Shown: positions 59,869 through 64,000 of the stretch, piece after piece
Position numbering within the stretch: position 1 is the stretch's first letter
How the letters are laid out: each line of letters starts with the position of its first letter
DNA from: the human T2T-CHM13v2.0 reference genome, Homo sapiens
NCBI RefSeq assembly: GCF_009914755.1
Contig: NC_060931.1
Length of the DNA: 64,000 bases
Strand: one strand, 5' to 3'
The notes under the pieces: generated by a model
Told to the model about the DNA's origin: nothing
Databases searched by the model: none
What the model saw: only the letters and a program-made list of their open reading frames with translations
Made by a program: the position numbers and the translations under genes

Positions 59869-60739
59869 ATGGGATCTCATACTTGGTGTTAACAATACCA
59901 ATCGCTTAAAAACACGTTACAAATTTATTTTTTGAAGGATGTGAACTTAAGTGTGGATGCCATAAGAAAAACATTTTGGAAAATATTCATGTGCTTTGCT
60001 TTGTGTGTTTCTGCATTATGCCACGTTTTCCCTAGTTAGGTAGGAATTGTGGGCAGGGACTGGGAAGAATTAGGATTGTCATAGCAGAAGTGCAACAGGG
60101 AAGAGTTAAGGATAAGCTTCGAATATGCAAAGTAGGATTTTGCAGGAAGTAATTTGCAAGGAAGGCTGAGCCAAGCCCATGGAATAGACCAATGAGTTTA
60201 TTGTAAAGTAACACCAGATTGAAAAGGAAGAAACAAGACAAGCTCCCCCTCTAGCCCCAGGAGTGCCTTTCAGTAGCTAACATTTTAAATTTTTCCAAAA
60301 GCAGGTTTTTATTAGAGGTGTGATCTTCCTCTGAGTGAGTCTTCAGGACAATGTTCTTGGGGAGAGGGATGGGCAGGATTATTCAGTCAATGACTATGTG
60401 CTCAGGTTGCCTGGAATGGGTGGACTGGAACCAGAAAAACTCAGCTTCCCAAAGGATCAAGACTCCCCTCACCCTTGCAGCTTGAATCCTGTTTCTTAAA
60501 GGGTTGCCAGGAGCTTACAGTTGATGGGGTCAGACAATGTCTTGCACAGGTGGTATGGAACATGTTTGCGTGCCTGGTCCTTGTGTGCTTAGAGCTTATT
60601 AGCTACAAACAAGATTGTCGTTGTATTTGCAGCTTTAGAAAAGAGATTAGCAGGGGAACAGAGACTCTCTCTTAAAACTGAGCTCTCTGTCCAGCTGCAT
60701 TGCCCTGGTCCTGTTTACTTACTAAATATATCCATCAGT

Positions 60740-62030
60740 GGAAAGCTAGTTAACTGAATTTTAGAACAAATATACAATAGAATACTGTGCAGTCATTACA
60801 AATGATGATGAGGATGTATAATTTTCACATTAAAAGATATAAATAAATATCTTGAAGGAAAGGAAATTAGTTAAATTCAGGATAAGTATGCTCTAGTTCA
60901 TAAAAATAATACTTTGTAAATTTGTACATGAGATTGTGTGTCTACATATATGCACAGAAAACTATACAAAAGGCTATTCAATAATTTAACATCTTTTATC
61001 ACTTAGAGATGATGTTTTGGTTAATTTTTACTTTTTCCTTTGAGCTTTCTGTATTACTTTTTAAATTTTACTTTTACATTCTAATTTTATTATCAAAAAC
61101 ATAAGGAACTCTTTTCATTGTGAAATAAAGTATTTATGATGCTCCACAAAGTGCACTGAACATTGCTCACATCATTTAATTATCATTTCAAATAACTATT
61201 AACATTTAAAAACAGAAATTTAAAATTAAATAATTAAATTAAAAATAAATAGTTAAAAACTGTATTTTATATGTGTCTGTGCTGTAGTTTATATACGATT
61301 TCTCTTATGTTGGGGGTTTGGGTCAATTCAAACTTTTGATAAATTAATGGATGAATATTTTATATATAAATTCTTGAATGTTTGACTAGTTCATTAGGAT
61401 ATAGATAAAAATTTACTAAAGTAAAATAAATTTAAAGAAATATGGCCAAATTTCCCTACCTAATAACTACAGGGTCTTTATCTAGTTATATTTGTGTATT
61501 ATTGTTCTAAAAATATCATTGCTCTTTGATAATTAAAAAGAAACAATCTTGTTTTCATTTAGATTTTTTTAGTTCCTAGAGAGGCTGGACATCTTAATGT
61601 TATTTGCTATTTTCATAAAATATTAAATTTATGAATTATGTTTTCCTAGGCTTTGTTAATTTAAATTTAAACTGAGGGAAGGGAATCTTTCTATAATAAG
61701 GCCATGAACTCACTTCTACAAATATTTATAAATATTTACTCATTTTTATATTCTTTATTTTTATTCTATTGGTTGTGGTTTTAAAATATATATATACGGA
61801 TGTAATAAATGTTTTATGCAGCCAAATCTATTACAAATTTTTCTTTTGTAATATTGTATTGATTTGTATGCCTGGAAAGTCCTTTCCCCATCCCAAACCC
61901 AGTCAGCTACTTATTCTTCCTTATTTTATAGCTTAATCATTTACATCTAATTCTTTAGTTTGTTTGGAATTTATGCTGATGTATGATATGGGATGAAGAT
62001 CTAAATTATTTTCTCCCAAATGGTTAACCA
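60740..62030. mobile_element. Highly decayed L1M remnants, very AT-rich
   Basis: atacaatagaatactgtgcagtcatta (+) and catttacatct...tttggaattta...atgatatgggatgaagatctaa (-). Confidence 0.5.
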
Positions 62031-62874
62031 CCTATTAAGATACTAAATTATTATATCTACTAAGGCCTGGTACCTAATTGTTGGGCCAGTTAGAGGGTTT
62101 TTCAAGAATAATTTGAAGCAGTTTATAGTTAATTGCCTGTTAGAAAAAGCATCTAGAAAAACTAAAACCTCCGGCGACAACTAGTCCCCACACCTTTCCT
62201 GGTTTTGCACCTGTATTACCTTCCTGTTCCTGGCTGCAGTGAGCTCCTGATCAACCCCGTCCTCCTCCAAGTGCATTGCAGTGCATTGCAGTCCATTGCA
62301 GCCCTGTAGCAGAAGCAGAGAGGCAGGTATTAATTTGGGGTGAAACAACCAGGGCTACCTCCTAGAGCTGTCCCTGTGCAGTGGAGAGATAACCGACAGT
62401 TGCTCAACAACGAAGGCTCCAAATCTCTGGGGTCTCGGGATACATGGAAACCTCTTCTTCAACCTGGGACAGGAGCCCCTTAGACACAGGCTAATAACAC
62501 TTCTCCTGGTGTGTGACAGATAGTTGACTAATGTGTTTCCTGCCTGGGAGTTGCAATTGGCAGCCGATTCTATGAAAGGCTTTCATGAATCATTTTGGAA
62601 AGCATGCATGTTGAGGAGCAGGGAGGTGAGTCAGGCATCTCTCTGCCTAGCAGCCCAGCCCCTGTAACGCAGATGTCCACTAATTACTTTCATACTTAAA
62701 TGATTTACTACATTTAAATCAGTCCTTTAGAGAGGACCTCATACTTGCTGATGCAATGAGTATACAATAAATTGTAATGTATATAAACTATATAAAGCAT
62801 CTGACAATGCTTTGCTTCCCTATTCATAAACTTGGATATTTTTAACTGGTATTTTATGCCTTAAAGATAAGTCC

Positions 62875-63144
62875 TTTTTTTTTTTTTTTTTTTTTTTGAG
62901 ACAGTGTCTCCCTCTGTTGCCCAGGCTGTAGTGCAATGGCACGACCTCGGCTGACTCCAACCTCTGCTTCCCGGGTTCAAGCGATTCTCCTGCCTCAGCC
63001 CTTTCCGAGTAGCTGGGACTACAGGTATCTGCCACCATACCTGGCTAATTTTTGTACTTTTAGTAGAGGCGGGGTTTCACCATGTTGGTCAGGCTGGTCT
63101 CAAACTCCTGACCTCAACTGATCCACCGGCCTCGGCCTCCCAAA
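62875..63144 (-). mobile_element. 5'-truncated Alu (AluS)
   Basis: Ends at cctcggcctcccaaa (first ~35 nt missing); TSD aaagataagt. Confidence 0.92.
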
Positions 63145-63495
63145 AAAGATAAGTACATTTTAATTATTGTAGCCACTGTAAATGCACTTAAAGCTAATTA
63201 TACCGAAGGGGAAAAGAGAAGAGTTTCAAAATTCTAAATGATAATACTTTACTTTTTGTAGCCCTGTCTTATCCAAAATAACTCTTCAACATAAACTTTC
63301 CCAAAACTTATTTTTCGTGAAAAAATGTGTGTCCTGTTCTAATGCAGGTCTTCATGTGTCTGCAATAACTGTATCCCATTCCAGAATATGTTGCTGAAAA
63401 AAACCCACTAGCAAGGTGGCAGTGTTATTTCAACAGGATCTCCCACACCTTATGGCTACTTTTATTCAGAGTATAGTGCAATTTCTCCTTAGTGA

Positions 63496-63795
<300 letters not shown>

Positions 63796-64000
63796 AGAAT
63801 TAATCTTTCAATAGAACTTCTTCTGTACCATTCAGCAAAATAACCCCACTCAGATCCAACCTACCATCTATAAGTGATTAGAGATAAGTGTGTTTTGTGC
63901 ATTTCTGAATATTCTATTCTAATGTGCTCTCTAGTCACAAATAAGCAGCTGAGTCAGCCTGCCCTCGGGGCTGTTGCATCCAGATTTTAATCTACACACA

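Overview
Primate (human-like) genomic DNA with one recognisable protein-coding gene, PRR15 (single coding exon 6111-6500, +), which sits in a CpG-rich promoter/first-intron region at about 3.3-6.6 kb. From memory this corresponds to chromosome 7p14-15. The remaining ~57 kb is intergenic and dominated by repeats: about 17 Alus, a full-length L1PA2-type LINE-1 (19724-25746), a two-LTR THE1D element, MLT1/MLT2/MER41A LTRs, MER82/MER81 DNA transposons and ancient L1M/L2/MIR remnants. Three observations stand out. (1) A ~365-bp, ~90%-identical inverted duplication (40998-41364 vs 42086-42450) that independent repeat insertions do not explain. (2) A 5' half of tRNA-Gly(TCC), ending in the anticodon loop and carrying 14 extra 5' bases, inserted into the A-rich linker of an Alu (27139-27190). 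(3) The LINE-1 has an uninterrupted 1275-aa ORF2 whose endonuclease motif GDFN is mutated to GDLI, a net 2-nt ORF1 frameshift that leaves residues 91-338 as their own ATG-initiated ORF, and a stop codon in ORF0. I found no convincing new multi-gene system. Subfamily calls and consensus comparisons are from memory, not from database searches.
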